Source: an uncultured Nitrospiraceae bacterium
GTDB lineage: Bacteria > Nitrospirota > Thermodesulfovibrionia > Thermodesulfovibrionales > SM23-35
Direction: 5' to 3'
NCBI GenBank assembly: GCA_963727775.1
Contig: CAVSHB010000002.1
Coordinates: 64,001 to 128,000 of the forward strand
Length of the DNA: 64,000 bases
Shown here in pieces: positions 29,299 to 40,119 of the stretch (position 1 is the first letter of the stretch; each line of letters opens with the position of its first letter). The notes below the pieces were generated by a model. The model was not told the origin of the DNA and made no database searches. It was given only the letters and a program-made list of their open reading frames with translations. Made by a program: the position numbers and the translations under genes.

Positions 29299-31734
29299 AT
29301 GGAAGCCTTCAATCTTGAGAAATACTCTGTCCCCTTTGATAAACTTCGCTGGATCTGCCCGTCCGACTTGTTTCAGTTTGAGTGTACTGCAGATATTGAA
29401 CCTCTGAAAGAATTTATAGGCCAGGACAGGGCAATTGATTCCATAAATTTCGGACTGGCTGTGGAAAGGCCGGGATATAACCTGTTCCTCACAGGACTTA
29501 CAGGCACAGGCAAGGCGGCGACCATTAAGGCACGCCTGCAGAAATTCATAGAAGACAGAAAATCCGGGGGGACGCAATATCAATTTTTTGACTGGTGTTA
29601 TGTCTATAACTTCTCTGCGCCTGACGAACCCCGGATACTAAAGTTACCGCAGGGATTCGGGAAATCCTTCAACAACAATATGGAAGAGCTCCTGAAAACA
29701 TTAAAAGACGAAATACCGAAAACCTTCGGCAGTGAGGAATACAACAAGAGAAAACAGGAAATCATGGAAGGGCATCAAAGGAGATACCAGGAGGCTATGG
29801 ACGTACTGGACAAGGAAGCCACGGAAAAGCAGCTGATGGTCCAAATCTCTCCGATGGGTGCGGTTGTCGTGCCGGTAGCTGAGGGGAAACCGTTGTCGAG
29901 GGAAGAATTCCTGGCCCTTCCTGAAACACAAAGAGCAGAAATTGAGACAAGACGTCTGGGAATGATGCAAAGGGTCGATGAGACATATGCGCGACTTCGT
30001 GATCTGGAGAAAGAGATCGGTGAAAAAATGAAAGAAATAGACACAAAGGCCGGCGAATATGCGATAGCACACCCCTTTGAGGAGATGTTAAAAAAATATA
30101 GTGAATATCCCGACGTCGTACAATTTCTGAAAGAGGCGAGAGAATATACCCTGACTAAGCTGGACTTATTCACGCAGGCGCCTGTCCAGCCGCAGTTCCC
30201 GGGACTTCCCGGTATGCCGCAGGCAGACTTGCTCATGGCTTACAAAGTGAATATCTTTGTGGATAACAGCTCTATCAGCGGGCCGCCGATAATTTTTGAG
30301 CCGAATCCCAATTGGTTTAATATGTTTGGGAAGATTGAAAGAAAAGCCTTAATGGGCACATACATGAGCGACCATACGATGATTAAGGCAGGGGCCGTGC
30401 AATCGGCAAATGGCGGCTATCTTATCCTGAATATCCGCGACGTACTATTGAACCCGATTGTGTGGGAAGGATTAAAAAGGGTCATTAAGACCAAGGAAAT
30501 CCGGGCTGAAGACCCGGGGGAACAATTCGGGTATTTTGCACCCCACAGTATGAAGTCCCAACCAATGCCCGTAGAGTTCAAAATTATTGTTATGGGTGAC
30601 GATTCTCTCTATCAGCTTCTTACCCTTTACGACGAGGATTTTTGGGAAATGTTTAAGGTCAAGGCAGACTTCGACTATCAGATGCAGCGTTCTGATGAAA
30701 ATATAAAGTCTTTTGCCTGTTACATTCGTACCTGCTGTGACGGTGAAAATCTTTTGCCCTTTGATCTTACGGGAGTGGCAAAGATCGTAGAATATGCAGT
30801 GCGGGCGGCAGGAGATCAGGAAAAAATATCTGCAAGGTTCGGTCCATTGAAAGACCTGATCGTGGAATCCGACTATTGGGCAAGGGATTCCCGGCGCAAG
30901 ATGGTAACCGGAGAGCATGTGGAAAAAGCAATGAGGGAGAAGATACACCGGCTCGATCTGATTGCGGAACGCATCCTGCAGATGATTGCAGAGGGCACCC
31001 TAATGGTTGACGTTAAAGGGGCGGTTATCGGACAGGTCAACGGGCTTGCCGTTTACGACCTCGGGATATTCAGCTTTGGAAGGCCGAACCGCATTACCGC
31101 CAAAACTTTTCTGGGAAGGCGCGGCATCATCAATATCGAAAGAGAGTCCCAGTTAAGCGGGCGTATCCATGATAAAGGAGTGCTTATCCTGTCCGGTTAT
31201 CTCGGCTGGAAATATGCGCAGGACAAGCCCCTGTCCCTTTCCGCAAGTATCTGCTTTGAACAGTCTTATTCCGGGGTTGAAGGGGACAGCGCTTCATCTA
31301 CAGAGCTTTACGCGATTGTTTCCAGCCTTGCTGATCTTCCCGTAAAGCAGAATATAGCAATCACGGGTTCAGTGAATCAGAAAGGTGAAGTCCAGCCTAT
31401 TGGAGGAGTCAACCATAAGATTGAGGGCTTCTATGATGTCTGTAAAGCAAAGGGGCTGACGGGTGAGCAGGGAGTTATGATCCCCCATCAAAATGTTAGA
31501 AACCTGATGTTGCGGGAAGATGTTGTAAAAGCCATACATGATGGCCAATTCCATATTTATTCGGTCAAGACTATCGATGAGGGAATCGAAGTCTTGACCG
31601 GTATTATTGCGGGGGAAAGACAACCGGACGGTACGTATCCCGCAGGAACAGTCAATTATCTTGTTGACGCAAGATTAAGTGATTTTGCGAAGAAAATGAA
31701 AGGGTATTATTCACCGGAGGGAGATACGGTATAA
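29299..31734 (+). CDS. Lon-like protease (AAA_32 plus Lon_C; LonC-type, soluble)
   Basis: IGQDRA, GLTGTGK, ANGGYLIL, FEQSYSGVEGDSAS (Ser), KIEGF (Lys). Confidence 0.92.
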   Translation: MEAFNLEKYSVPFDKLRWICPSDLFQFECTADIEPLKEFIGQDRAIDSINFGLAVERPGYNLFLTGLTGTGKAATIKARLQKFIEDRKSGGTQYQFFDWCYVYNFSAPDEPRILKLPQGFGKSFNNNMEELLKTLKDEIPKTFGSEEYNKRKQEIMEGHQRRYQEAMDVLDKEATEKQLMVQISPMGAVVVPVAEGKPLSREEFLALPETQRAEIETRRLGMMQRVDETYARLRDLEKEIGEKMKEIDTKAGEYAIAHPFEEMLKKYSEYPDVVQFLKEAREYTLTKLDLFTQAPVQPQFPGLPGMPQADLLMAYKVNIFVDNSSISGPPIIFEPNPNWFNMFGKIERKALMGTYMSDHTMIKAGAVQSANGGYLILNIRDVLLNPIVWEGLKRVIKTKEIRAEDPGEQFGYFAPHSMKSQPMPVEFKIIVMGDDSLYQLLTLYDEDFWEMFKVKADFDYQMQRSDENIKSFACYIRTCCDGENLLPFDLTGVAKIVEYAVRAAGDQEKISARFGPLKDLIVESDYWARDSRRKMVTGEHVEKAMREKIHRLDLIAERILQMIAEGTLMVDVKGAVIGQVNGLAVYDLGIFSFGRPNRITAKTFLGRRGIINIERESQLSGRIHDKGVLILSGYLGWKYAQDKPLSLSASICFEQSYSGVEGDSASSTELYAIVSSLADLPVKQNIAITGSVNQKGEVQPIGGVNHKIEGFYDVCKAKGLTGEQGVMIPHQNVRNLMLREDVVKAIHDGQFHIYSVKTIDEGIEVLTGIIAGERQPDGTYPAGTVNYLVDARLSDFAKKMKGYYSPEGDTV

Positions 31735-31787
31735 GAGGAAAAGGCACGAAAATTGCTTTTTTTAGGGTTGCGGCTAAATAATTAAAT

Positions 31788-32717
31788 ATGGACAGGCGGT
31801 ATAACTCTTTCGGCTCATATATAAAAAAATTATTCGGGACCACTGTTTACAAGGTGAACGTTGATGCCGGGTTTACATGTCCCAATAGGGACGGAACAGT
31901 CGGGATATCAGGATGTATTTATTGCAACAACGACAGTTTCAGGCCGATTTCCTGCGTACCGACTCTCTCAGTCAGTGAGCAGATCAATAAAGGCGTCACA
32001 TACATTAGAAAGAGATACAAAGCAGATAAGTTTCTCGTATATTTCCAGCCTTATACAAACACATATGCGCCTGTTGATGAACTGGAACATCTTTACACAA
32101 AGGCCCTCTCGGAACCTTCCGTCATAGGGCTTGCTATAGGCACAAGGCCCGATGCCGTAGATAAAGAGAAGATCGCGCTGCTTGAATCTCTGGCGCGAAG
32201 GCATTTTATCCTAATTGAATACGGCATGCAATCCATGTATGACAGGACGCTCGAGTATATAAACCGAGGCCACGACTATAATGCTTTTCTTAAAGCGCTC
32301 GACCTGACGAAGAACAGGGGTATATATATCGGGACTCATATCATAGTCGGGTTCCCTACAGAAACGAGAGAGGAGATGCTCTCTACTGCGGATGAGTTTT
32401 CCAGTTTGCCTGTTGAATTTCTTAAGATACATCAGCTTCAGGTCATAAAAGACACGCCGCTGGAAATTATATTTAAAGAGGATCCATTCCATGTGTTTGA
32501 ATATCAGGAATATCTTGAATTCGCAGCGGATTTCATTGAAAGACTTTCTCCCCGGATAGTTTTGCAGAGGCTTTTTGCCACAGCTCCCGACAGTATCCTC
32601 ATCGCCCCGCAGTGGAAGAAAAACCGGCAGGAGATTTTGCGCGATATCGAGAAAAAACTTGAGCTCAGAGATACGTATCAGGGTAAAAAAATGAAAGTCC
32701 ATGCCGGGATAAAATGA
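31788..32717 (+). CDS. TIGR01212/YhcC-family radical SAM protein
   Basis: GFTCPNRDG...GCIYC, YFQPYTNTY, IGTRPD, KIHQL. Confidence 0.92.
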   Translation: MDRRYNSFGSYIKKLFGTTVYKVNVDAGFTCPNRDGTVGISGCIYCNNDSFRPISCVPTLSVSEQINKGVTYIRKRYKADKFLVYFQPYTNTYAPVDELEHLYTKALSEPSVIGLAIGTRPDAVDKEKIALLESLARRHFILIEYGMQSMYDRTLEYINRGHDYNAFLKALDLTKNRGIYIGTHIIVGFPTETREEMLSTADEFSSLPVEFLKIHQLQVIKDTPLEIIFKEDPFHVFEYQEYLEFAADFIERLSPRIVLQRLFATAPDSILIAPQWKKNRQEILRDIEKKLELRDTYQGKKMKVHAGIK

Positions 32718-32804
32718 AGCCTGTAATGCCGTTTGTCCGGGAAGCCGGACGGGATGGATGAGTACCAGTTTTTTGTTAATGAATTAAGAGAAAAGGTACG
32801 GGCA

Positions 32805-33473
32805 TTAGAGGATCTGAGATAAAGAAGCATTATCCGACAGATCCTCAAAAACATAGTCTGCTCCGGCTTTTACCAGATCTTCAAAAGAATACGGACCGGT
32901 TGCGACGCCGATACACATCGCGCCATAAACATGGGCGCATTCGACGTCACGCGGCGTATCGCCGACAATTATGCAGTTTTCAGTCTTGATTCTCGTCTGA
33001 AATAATTTCTCGAATCTGTCTACTGCGATAGGCAGTAGGTTATTTCTGTCCTCGTCATCGCTCCCGAAGGCGCCGGCGGGAAAGTATCCATTTAGTCTGA
33101 AGGGTTCAAGTTTAATCCTTGCGCCCTGTTCAAGATTGCCGGTCAATAGACCCAATCCCGGCTCTCTTTTGCGGTTCAAGTTTTCCAGCAATTCATAGAT
33201 ACCGGGCTTTACATGCTTCCTGTCATTATTAATTTGTTCGCCGAGGTGCTTGAGATAGGCTTTTACAATAACTTCAACATTTCCATCTGCCGATATGCGA
33301 TGCTTGATCAACCCTTCTTTAATAATCTGCGTGTCCGTCTTGCCTGCCATGCTTATTCCATTAAAACCATTCTCGATAGAGAACAAATCCTTCATTGCGA
33401 GATCGAGCGCTTGCACCCCTGCCCCGCCGGAATCTATTAGGGTGCCGTCTATGTCAAAAAGAATTAAACGCAT
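32805..33473 (-). CDS. HAD-superfamily hydrolase
   Basis: LFDIDGTL, LLTGN, VGDTPRD. Confidence 0.9.
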   Translation of the reverse strand: MRLILFDIDGTLIDSGGAGVQALDLAMKDLFSIENGFNGISMAGKTDTQIIKEGLIKHRISADGNVEVIVKAYLKHLGEQINNDRKHVKPGIYELLENLNRKREPGLGLLTGNLEQGARIKLEPFRLNGYFPAGAFGSDDEDRNNLLPIAVDRFEKLFQTRIKTENCIIVGDTPRDVECAHVYGAMCIGVATGPYSFEDLVKAGADYVFEDLSDNASLSQIL

Positions 33474-33554
33474 TGATTATTTTAACTTAGGGGAGGATTA
33501 ATATAAACCCGTAGATGACGTCAGGCACATAAAATATTCCTTAAATATTCCTTA

Positions 33555-35849
33555 TCAGTCATCTTTTTCGAGTTCCTTCAGAAAAGTGTCGTTGCACATT
33601 AAATCGAGAATTATTTTTGAAACACTCTTCATGACATCTGAAACCATCTCCCCTCGTTCCGCTTTTGCCAGATCATTATAGATGACCATGGAATTTAGAA
33701 AAACTGCGGTTTCCCATGAACGTTTCACGAAGTCCCGTCTTTGGTCGGACACTTTTTGCTGCCTGAGAAAATTGCGCAGGACGTCGGCATCCATATTTAT
33801 GTAAACATCAACTCCTGCTCCGTCACCGCTTGGGACAACCTTGGCAATGTCTTCACCGTTCCAACTCCTGCCGTCCTCTTTTTTGATTTCATCCCATGTT
33901 CTGCAGCCGGCTCGCTTATTTTTATGGACCAATATCGGTTCCGGCAATTTATAGTCTTTTGCTTTTGGCGGCCTTGACGGATGGGGAGGTATTACTTCAG
34001 GCTCAACCTCCGGCAGATATTCTACTTCAAATTCAACGGACAAGGGGTCATCATAGGGCCTTGTCAATAAAACAATCATTTTCCTGATAGCGCCCGCCCG
34101 CGCTGTTTTTGAGGGTATAATTTTTACGGTAATCCTGCCGTTCCATAGATGGCAGGACTTCATCACATCCGGATAGACTATCAACGATCCCCGGTCCGTC
34201 TCTCTGCTGAAATAGTCATTTGCTGCATCGGTCTCAAATGCGATCCTTGAATAGGAGTTAATCGGCATTTGCTTTCGCTCAGGACCGATTATCTTCAGAT
34301 AATTCGGAATTCTTTCCCCTTCGAATTCTTTTATTTCGTTTGTGCCCGCTTCGTTTCTGTCTTTGATATTGCCTCCGACTCCCAGATAATGCAAAATGGT
34401 CCGGTTCTTCTTTATCAACTTAGAGACAACCCCTTCGAGGAACTTTACATCTTTCGGATTTTTGGTAATCTGCTGTTCCCTGCGGTGTTGATTCAATTGT
34501 TTCAGTCCCTCATGCCTGCTGAGTTCTTCAGCCAGTATTAACTCAATTTCTTTGGAAATTTCGCTGTCTCTCATCCGGTCGCGCGAAGGCATAAATATCT
34601 TTTCCCTTATATTTGTATCGACATCGGTACAATCTATGTGGACCAGCATGTAATCGGCTAAATAGTGGAGGTTGGCTTTAGTTCTCAGGAAGGAACGCCC
34701 GATCGCAGCGTGTGTCTGGCCGTTGATCGTGAAAAAGATGGATTCACCCGGAGAAGCAAACTCGTCTTTTATTGTCCCTTCTTTGAAGACAGTAACCTCT
34801 ATTGTCCTTTTCCCGAAATTTCCAAGCTCTGCAATAATCGGAATGATAGGAGGGCAATTCTCTTCAATGCTTTTGTTTTCATCTTTAAGGATTCTCAATC
34901 TGTTCCCAAAGAGAATGATGGGATGCGTCTGTTTCTTAAACTTCCTTGTTTCATGCAGCGTTAAAGGAAGGCCCGGATAGTGCAGCACTCTGTTCAGGTC
35001 ACGCCATAAATCCAGGGTAATCTGGGAAGGATTCGGCAGATAATAATTGTAAAGCTTAATGTATGTCCCTGATTCCAGGGATTCATTATCAGGGAGAACG
35101 GATAATGATTCACCGGCGAACGATGCAATTCCTCCATCCCCCCGGACAAAATATTCATACCAGGAGTTTTTGTATTCAGAACTTGTTGCAAGGTGCAATC
35201 TGACAAGGGTAAAGCCCCATTCGTCTTTTTGACCTTTTCCCAAAAGCGCAGGGGTCTTCCTTGACAGGATAAGCTGATAGTTATTTTCGCCGCAGTTTGG
35301 CAGGACTCCGCTTCCGCCCATATTATATTTTCCCTGCACAAAAGGGATTTTGTTTTTGTTGCCCCTATGCAGGGAAAGGAAGGTATTTTCGAAGTCATCC
35401 GGATGCTGGCCTTCGCCTTTATCGGCAATTATTAAATTCGGTTTCTTTCTGTCTCCTTCCGCGATGATCTGAATATTCGCGGCGAGCCTTCTCCTCTCTT
35501 TATCCGCATGGTCTGAAAAATCGCCGCTCTTAATGCCGAAGAATAACTCTACAGCATCTTTCATTGATTTCGCCGCCTGCTTGCTTTCCGGATCAATACC
35601 CCTCAGCTTGCACTCTTTCAGAAGTAAAGCATCAATGGAATTGATAGGTTTTTCAGCCAACGCGGCCACTGAATTCTTCGCCTGATTATTTATCGTATTA
35701 AAATTACTCTCATACCCGCCATAAGGCTTCCAGTTCTCTTCGTTTGCCAACAGGGGGTCTGAATCGATAATTTTTCTGACCTCGTTTTCTGATCGGGCAT
35801 TGACAAGCTGCATTAAAAGTTTTTTGGAAGATGATTCATCCATTAACAT
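33555..35849 (-). CDS. Large hypothetical protein with N-terminal GHKL (HATPase_c)-like ATPase domain
   Basis: N-box EKPINSIDA, G1 DKGEG, G2 GKYNMGG, G3 GT; long unassigned C-terminus. Confidence 0.7.
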   Translation of the reverse strand: MLMDESSSKKLLMQLVNARSENEVRKIIDSDPLLANEENWKPYGGYESNFNTINNQAKNSVAALAEKPINSIDALLLKECKLRGIDPESKQAAKSMKDAVELFFGIKSGDFSDHADKERRRLAANIQIIAEGDRKKPNLIIADKGEGQHPDDFENTFLSLHRGNKNKIPFVQGKYNMGGSGVLPNCGENNYQLILSRKTPALLGKGQKDEWGFTLVRLHLATSSEYKNSWYEYFVRGDGGIASFAGESLSVLPDNESLESGTYIKLYNYYLPNPSQITLDLWRDLNRVLHYPGLPLTLHETRKFKKQTHPIILFGNRLRILKDENKSIEENCPPIIPIIAELGNFGKRTIEVTVFKEGTIKDEFASPGESIFFTINGQTHAAIGRSFLRTKANLHYLADYMLVHIDCTDVDTNIREKIFMPSRDRMRDSEISKEIELILAEELSRHEGLKQLNQHRREQQITKNPKDVKFLEGVVSKLIKKNRTILHYLGVGGNIKDRNEAGTNEIKEFEGERIPNYLKIIGPERKQMPINSYSRIAFETDAANDYFSRETDRGSLIVYPDVMKSCHLWNGRITVKIIPSKTARAGAIRKMIVLLTRPYDDPLSVEFEVEYLPEVEPEVIPPHPSRPPKAKDYKLPEPILVHKNKRAGCRTWDEIKKEDGRSWNGEDIAKVVPSGDGAGVDVYINMDADVLRNFLRQQKVSDQRRDFVKRSWETAVFLNSMVIYNDLAKAERGEMVSDVMKSVSKIILDLMCNDTFLKELEKDD

Positions 35850-35893
35850 TTCTCTAAACCGAAACTGTCGAGAATTTCTCAGTCCCCTCCTTT

Positions 35894-36034
35894 TCAGTCA
35901 TTTTGCCCCACGGTGTTTGTTACACGAACTGATGCACAGCGGACTGATTCAAGGAGTGCGGCAACCTCTCCCATCATTGATTTTTGACCCATGATCTTAT
36001 GGCTTTTCATAAGAGTCTCCGGCTTCTTTGTCAT
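35894..36034 (-). pseudogene. Probable N-terminal remnant of a DUF1016/YhcG-like gene
   Basis: 46-aa ORF containing GEVAALLESVRCASVRVTNTV, resembling the DUF1016 N-terminal helix (LLExARxxxxRxVN). Confidence 0.45.
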
Positions 36035-36323
36035 GGCCTAATTTTATATTTACTAAGATAATATGGTCAATAAGAAGTTCAGATTCCGTAGTCTCTGAGA
36101 AATAGGTCCGACAGAACGAGGGTATGACATCCGATTTTAATGACGCACCGATAAAAACTGGCAGGCCATTGAATCAGAGGAGAGATACGCGTTTTCTATA
36201 GGGATATTGTGAAGCGGCACAATGTCGTGCCGTCAGGTTGTTTGTAACACCTACAAGTATTGAATGATTCGAAGGGCAACAATTATTGATTTACAAAGGA
36301 AATATGCACCAAGAAAGCGATTT

Positions 36324-37982
36324 TTAATTCTTACTCAATACTTTAAAAAGTTCATCTTTAACTTTGGCTATCACTGATTCCCAATCTCCTGGTGAAGTTT
36401 GTCGAAAAAGTCTCATTGTTGGATACCACGGACTATCTTCACGATTTAGCATCCATCTCCAGTCTGAAACAAAAGGTATTAATGTCCACACTGGTTTTCC
36501 GAGTACACCAGCTAAATGGGCTACAGATGTATCAACAGAAATGACTAAATCAAGATTCCCTATGAGTGCCGCAGTATCTGCAAAGTCATTAATCTCTCCC
36601 ATAAAATCAATAATCTTCATGCCTTTTGGAGGATTTTTTGTTTGTTCCGCATCTCCTCCTTTCTGAAGGCTATAAAATGTAACATCACTGAATGTTGCAA
36701 AATGTGAGAAGACGTCAAGTGGAAAAGATTTTATTTTTTTTAACGGTCCCTCAGCAGTACCCCAAACTAAACCAACTTTTAATTTCGATTTATAACATTG
36801 AACTTTATCTTTCCATTTCCTCGCTAATAGTGAATCTACTCTAACATATGGTATTTTCCTTGGGATATTTTCAAGTGTTGTGTTAAAAACGGAAGCAAGA
36901 TTCATAAGAGGGATGTGTGTATCAATATGCTCATATATTTTTTCACCTTCTATGATAATTTTATATACACCTTCAATATTTTGTATTAATGATTTTAATT
37001 CTTTACGACATATAATAATAACTCTTGCACCAAGTTGTGCAACCAAAGGGATATAACGAATAAACTGAATAATATCACCGCAACCATACGCTGTACAATT
37101 CAATAAAATAGTACGTCCTGCGATATTAGAACCATCCCAAAATAATCGAAGAGGAGTAGCATGCTGCTTTTCTTTCAAGAGCAGCTTGTGGTGTTCCAGA
37201 TGCAATTTCCAGCCTTGTTTATAATCACCCAATAATAAAAGTGCATAGGCAAAATTTCCTATGGAAGCAGCAGACTCAGTTTTAGGAACTACAATGGCAT
37301 CGTTGACTTTATAGTCTTGAACTGCATTTTGAAAAATCTCTCCCAGTTCATTATATGTAAGAACCAATTTCGGCTTAAGTTGTATCGCTTTTTGATAAAA
37401 CGTTTTTGCGGCCCAAAGTTGTCCTATTATTTCGAGAGTGACGCCTATGTTTACATATGCCAGGACAAGGTTTTTATCATGATCAAGAGCTTTCCTAAAA
37501 TATGTAATAGCTTTATCAATCTGTCCTCTTTCTCGAAAGATAAGCCCAATATTGTTATATGCATCAGCCAACTTTGGGTTAATTACTATTGCTTTTTCAA
37601 AAGAGAATACAGCTTCATCAAGTTGCCCATTGTTCTTAAGAGCAATCCCAAGATTATAGTAAGCATCATCGAGTGTTGGATTAAGCTGTAAAGCCTTTTG
37701 ATAACAAGCTATAGCTTTATCGAGTTGCCCATTGCTTTGAAAAATATACCCAAGGCTATAATATGCCTTATCATTGTTCGGGTTATACTGGAGTGATTTA
37801 TTAATATATTTTATTGCAGAATCATAATTCCCAAGTTGAAAATGCGTCACTCCAAGAAAGTGAAGGGCATCAACATTATCAGGCTGGATTTTTAATATTT
37901 CCATATAGATAGTTGCTGCTTTTTGTAATTCTCCTTCAATATGATACTTGCGAGCTAATTGAATTGACTCATTGATGTTCAT
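36324..37982 (-). CDS. TPR-repeat protein with C-terminal GT9-like glycosyltransferase domain
   Basis: Multiple TPRs; WDG, GCGDIIQFIRY, DLVISVDTSVAHLAG, DWRW...SPWYP; visibly AT-rich. Confidence 0.9.
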   Translation of the reverse strand: MNINESIQLARKYHIEGELQKAATIYMEILKIQPDNVDALHFLGVTHFQLGNYDSAIKYINKSLQYNPNNDKAYYSLGYIFQSNGQLDKAIACYQKALQLNPTLDDAYYNLGIALKNNGQLDEAVFSFEKAIVINPKLADAYNNIGLIFRERGQIDKAITYFRKALDHDKNLVLAYVNIGVTLEIIGQLWAAKTFYQKAIQLKPKLVLTYNELGEIFQNAVQDYKVNDAIVVPKTESAASIGNFAYALLLLGDYKQGWKLHLEHHKLLLKEKQHATPLRLFWDGSNIAGRTILLNCTAYGCGDIIQFIRYIPLVAQLGARVIIICRKELKSLIQNIEGVYKIIIEGEKIYEHIDTHIPLMNLASVFNTTLENIPRKIPYVRVDSLLARKWKDKVQCYKSKLKVGLVWGTAEGPLKKIKSFPLDVFSHFATFSDVTFYSLQKGGDAEQTKNPPKGMKIIDFMGEINDFADTAALIGNLDLVISVDTSVAHLAGVLGKPVWTLIPFVSDWRWMLNREDSPWYPTMRLFRQTSPGDWESVIAKVKDELFKVLSKN

Positions 37983-38214
37983 CAGTTTTATTTTTTGAAG
38001 AAATAATTAAAGACGTACCTGTTGATTACGAGTAGAATTATACAATATTTTATCAGCTTTGGCCTTTGCACAAACAAGGAAGAAACGTTGGGAAGTCTAT
38101 ATAAGCAGTTATCATGCGTTTTTTCTCTGTAATTTATATGTTTTTAGTGGAAACGGAACCAAAGAAGCACTTCTAATACGGTCGGAAGATCAATAGTCGT
38201 CGCCTGAAATGCGC

Positions 38215-38243
38215 AAAAAAAAGGCAAGATATTATTTCCTGCC
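38215..38243 (-). terminator. Rho-independent terminator
   Basis: Minus strand GGCAGGA...TCTTGCC followed by T8, downstream of the 38355-38876 gene. Confidence 0.6.
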
Positions 38244-38354
38244 CTGTACAAGAATATTTTAAAAATTATGGTAACTTTCTGTTATTCTTTCTACATATTC
38301 TTAGCTTCTAATGGCATCTAAAAGATAAGCTTTACCCAGCTACTTCTAAGCCTA

Positions 38355-38876
38355 TTACTGGTAGATAAGCTTTACCCCGCCAATCATAATTTTATCACTG
38401 GCGCTTCCAAAAACCATTTTTAATAATAGTGACGTTGTACCACTAATCTTTGGCCTGTGCTTTGCTATATTGCTGGTATAACATGTCGGACTGGTAGAGG
38501 TTAGGTCCGTCGGATCATCAAGTATAACGGTCGAGAAATCCGGGGTGGTCATCGTTGTGAGTCTAACCTGAGAGATATAAGTAGAACCGGGAGAAGTCGT
38601 TATCACGTGATAGCAGACCTGTACTCCCTTTATTGTCACACTTTCCTGAGTTGTAAGACCGAGATCTATCCACCTAAAATCACCTTCCGCTACCGGCTCG
38701 GTAGCTGTAACTACCAGTGCATCACCATACGTATTAACTCCTAACACAAGGGAACGCGCCCCTGACGGGTCCTCTGGGATCGCGGTTAAAGGGCTGAACC
38801 AAATGTTCGTAGCTTGCGCATATCCCGTAATAAAAAACAACGCAAAAAACAAAATTGATACTTTGAGTTTATTCAC
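38355..38876 (-). CDS. Secreted hypothetical protein, beta-rich (start probably GTG 38876)
   Basis: Signal peptide ending AQA; AGGAGG RBS. Confidence 0.7.
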   Translation of the reverse strand: MNKLKVSILFFALFFITGYAQATNIWFSPLTAIPEDPSGARSLVLGVNTYGDALVVTATEPVAEGDFRWIDLGLTTQESVTIKGVQVCYHVITTSPGSTYISQVRLTTMTTPDFSTVILDDPTDLTSTSPTCYTSNIAKHRPKISGTTSLLLKMVFGSASDKIMIGGVKLIYQ

Positions 38877-39157
38877 AGCCACACCTCCTGTGTTCTTTAT
38901 TCTTCAGCAGATTTCTTCTAACAACGGCTTAGCGCTTCTATTCTCTACACCTCCTTTTTTGGAGAAATTTGGAGAGATAGTATTTACTGATTCCCCTCTG
39001 ATCGAATGATCTGGTATTAGATTTAGCACATAATTAAAAGGTTGTCAATTTATGATTACCGGTTATACTACGCACCAGCATGTCATGTCTTGAATGTGCG
39101 AAGAGGAAGAAGTTGAAAACGTAGAATCTTCGGGCAGCTTATGCGCAGATATGCCAC

Positions 39158-39439
39158 CTATAAGGCAAAGTAAAGAGCGAACCAAAATAGGCAACCCGAC
39201 AACGTTAGAACTTTTTCAAAGGTACTTAATCGGTTATTTTTAAAAATAAAATAAACGCTAAGCGGTGAAGTAAGAAAGCATGCCGTAATATAGATCCACT
39301 TCGGAAGGGCATTACTTTTCGTTGACTCCTGGAAAAGAGAACAAAATGGGCATTCAATCTTGCCTTCCAGCCGATGTCCGCAACAGGCACATCTGACCAC
39401 GCCTAAGATTTCGTCAATCTTATCTTGATCGTTCGTCAT
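39158..39439 (-). CDS. Small zinc-ribbon membrane protein
   Basis: CACCG...CPFC followed by two hydrophobic segments. Confidence 0.6.
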   Translation of the reverse strand: MTNDQDKIDEILGVVRCACCGHRLEGKIECPFCSLFQESTKSNALPKWIYITACFLTSPLSVYFIFKNNRLSTFEKVLTLSGCLFWFALYFAL

Positions 39440-39537
39440 AGTTCTATTTGCAAAAGTAATCGGTAGTTTCGTCCATCAAATCACAGTGGTGCAGCATAGG
39501 AAGTTATCGCTGAGATGACCCTCACTCATGAATACTG

Positions 39538-40119
39538 TTAACCGATGCTCGCTGTCTGTTGTTGCTGAAATTGTATAGAGATGACTTCACTTCCAGCTTC
39601 AAATAGCTCTGACTTGATTTCATTCACAAGACCCCAAGACTGTGCTTCCTCTGGATTTAAAGTTGTCCTTTCAAGCATTGCATCTGTCACTTCTTTAACG
39701 CTTTTACCGGTATTTGCTGCAATTACTTTTGCAATGTTTTCAATATCAATTCGAAGTCCTTTCAATTTTTCTTCCAACTGTTTTTCTTCCAAACTTGTTT
39801 TCTGCTCGAAAGTCAGGCTAACACCGTGGAGTAAAAATCTTGCCTGAGGCACAGATTTCCTTTCTGAACCACCGCAGTACAGTACAACTCCTATTGAATC
39901 CACACTGCCAAAATTATGTGTAGTAATTTTTGCAGGCAGTCCCTTCAAATAATTATATGCGCTTAATCCATGAAAAACCGAGCCGCCTGGTGAAGAAATC
40001 AAAAGGATAAAATTGGTTACCCCTTGCCTCACCTTCTGATCAATGGCCTCCATTAAAGCATTTACTGTAATATCAATCACTGGTGCAAAGAACTTGATTA
40101 CAACTGCCTTTGCATTCAT
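39538..40119 (-). CDS. Stand-alone ClpP-like protease
   Basis: ISSPGGSV, GSVDSIG (Ser), FLLHG (His), EEAQSWGLVNEI. Confidence 0.85.
   Translation of the reverse strand: MNAKAVVIKFFAPVIDITVNALMEAIDQKVRQGVTNFILLISSPGGSVFHGLSAYNYLKGLPAKITTHNFGSVDSIGVVLYCGGSERKSVPQARFLLHGVSLTFEQKTSLEEKQLEEKLKGLRIDIENIAKVIAANTGKSVKEVTDAMLERTTLNPEEAQSWGLVNEIKSELFEAGSEVISIQFQQQQTASIG

Noticed and set aside
33533..33554. Tandem AAATATTCCTT at the start of the accessory region as an att site or TSD
   Set aside because: AT-rich and adjacent, with no matching distal copy noticed.
38324..38377. Direct repeat AGATAAGCTTTACCC at the 3' end of the secreted-protein gene
   Set aside because: Only two short copies; probably a local duplication with no further structure.
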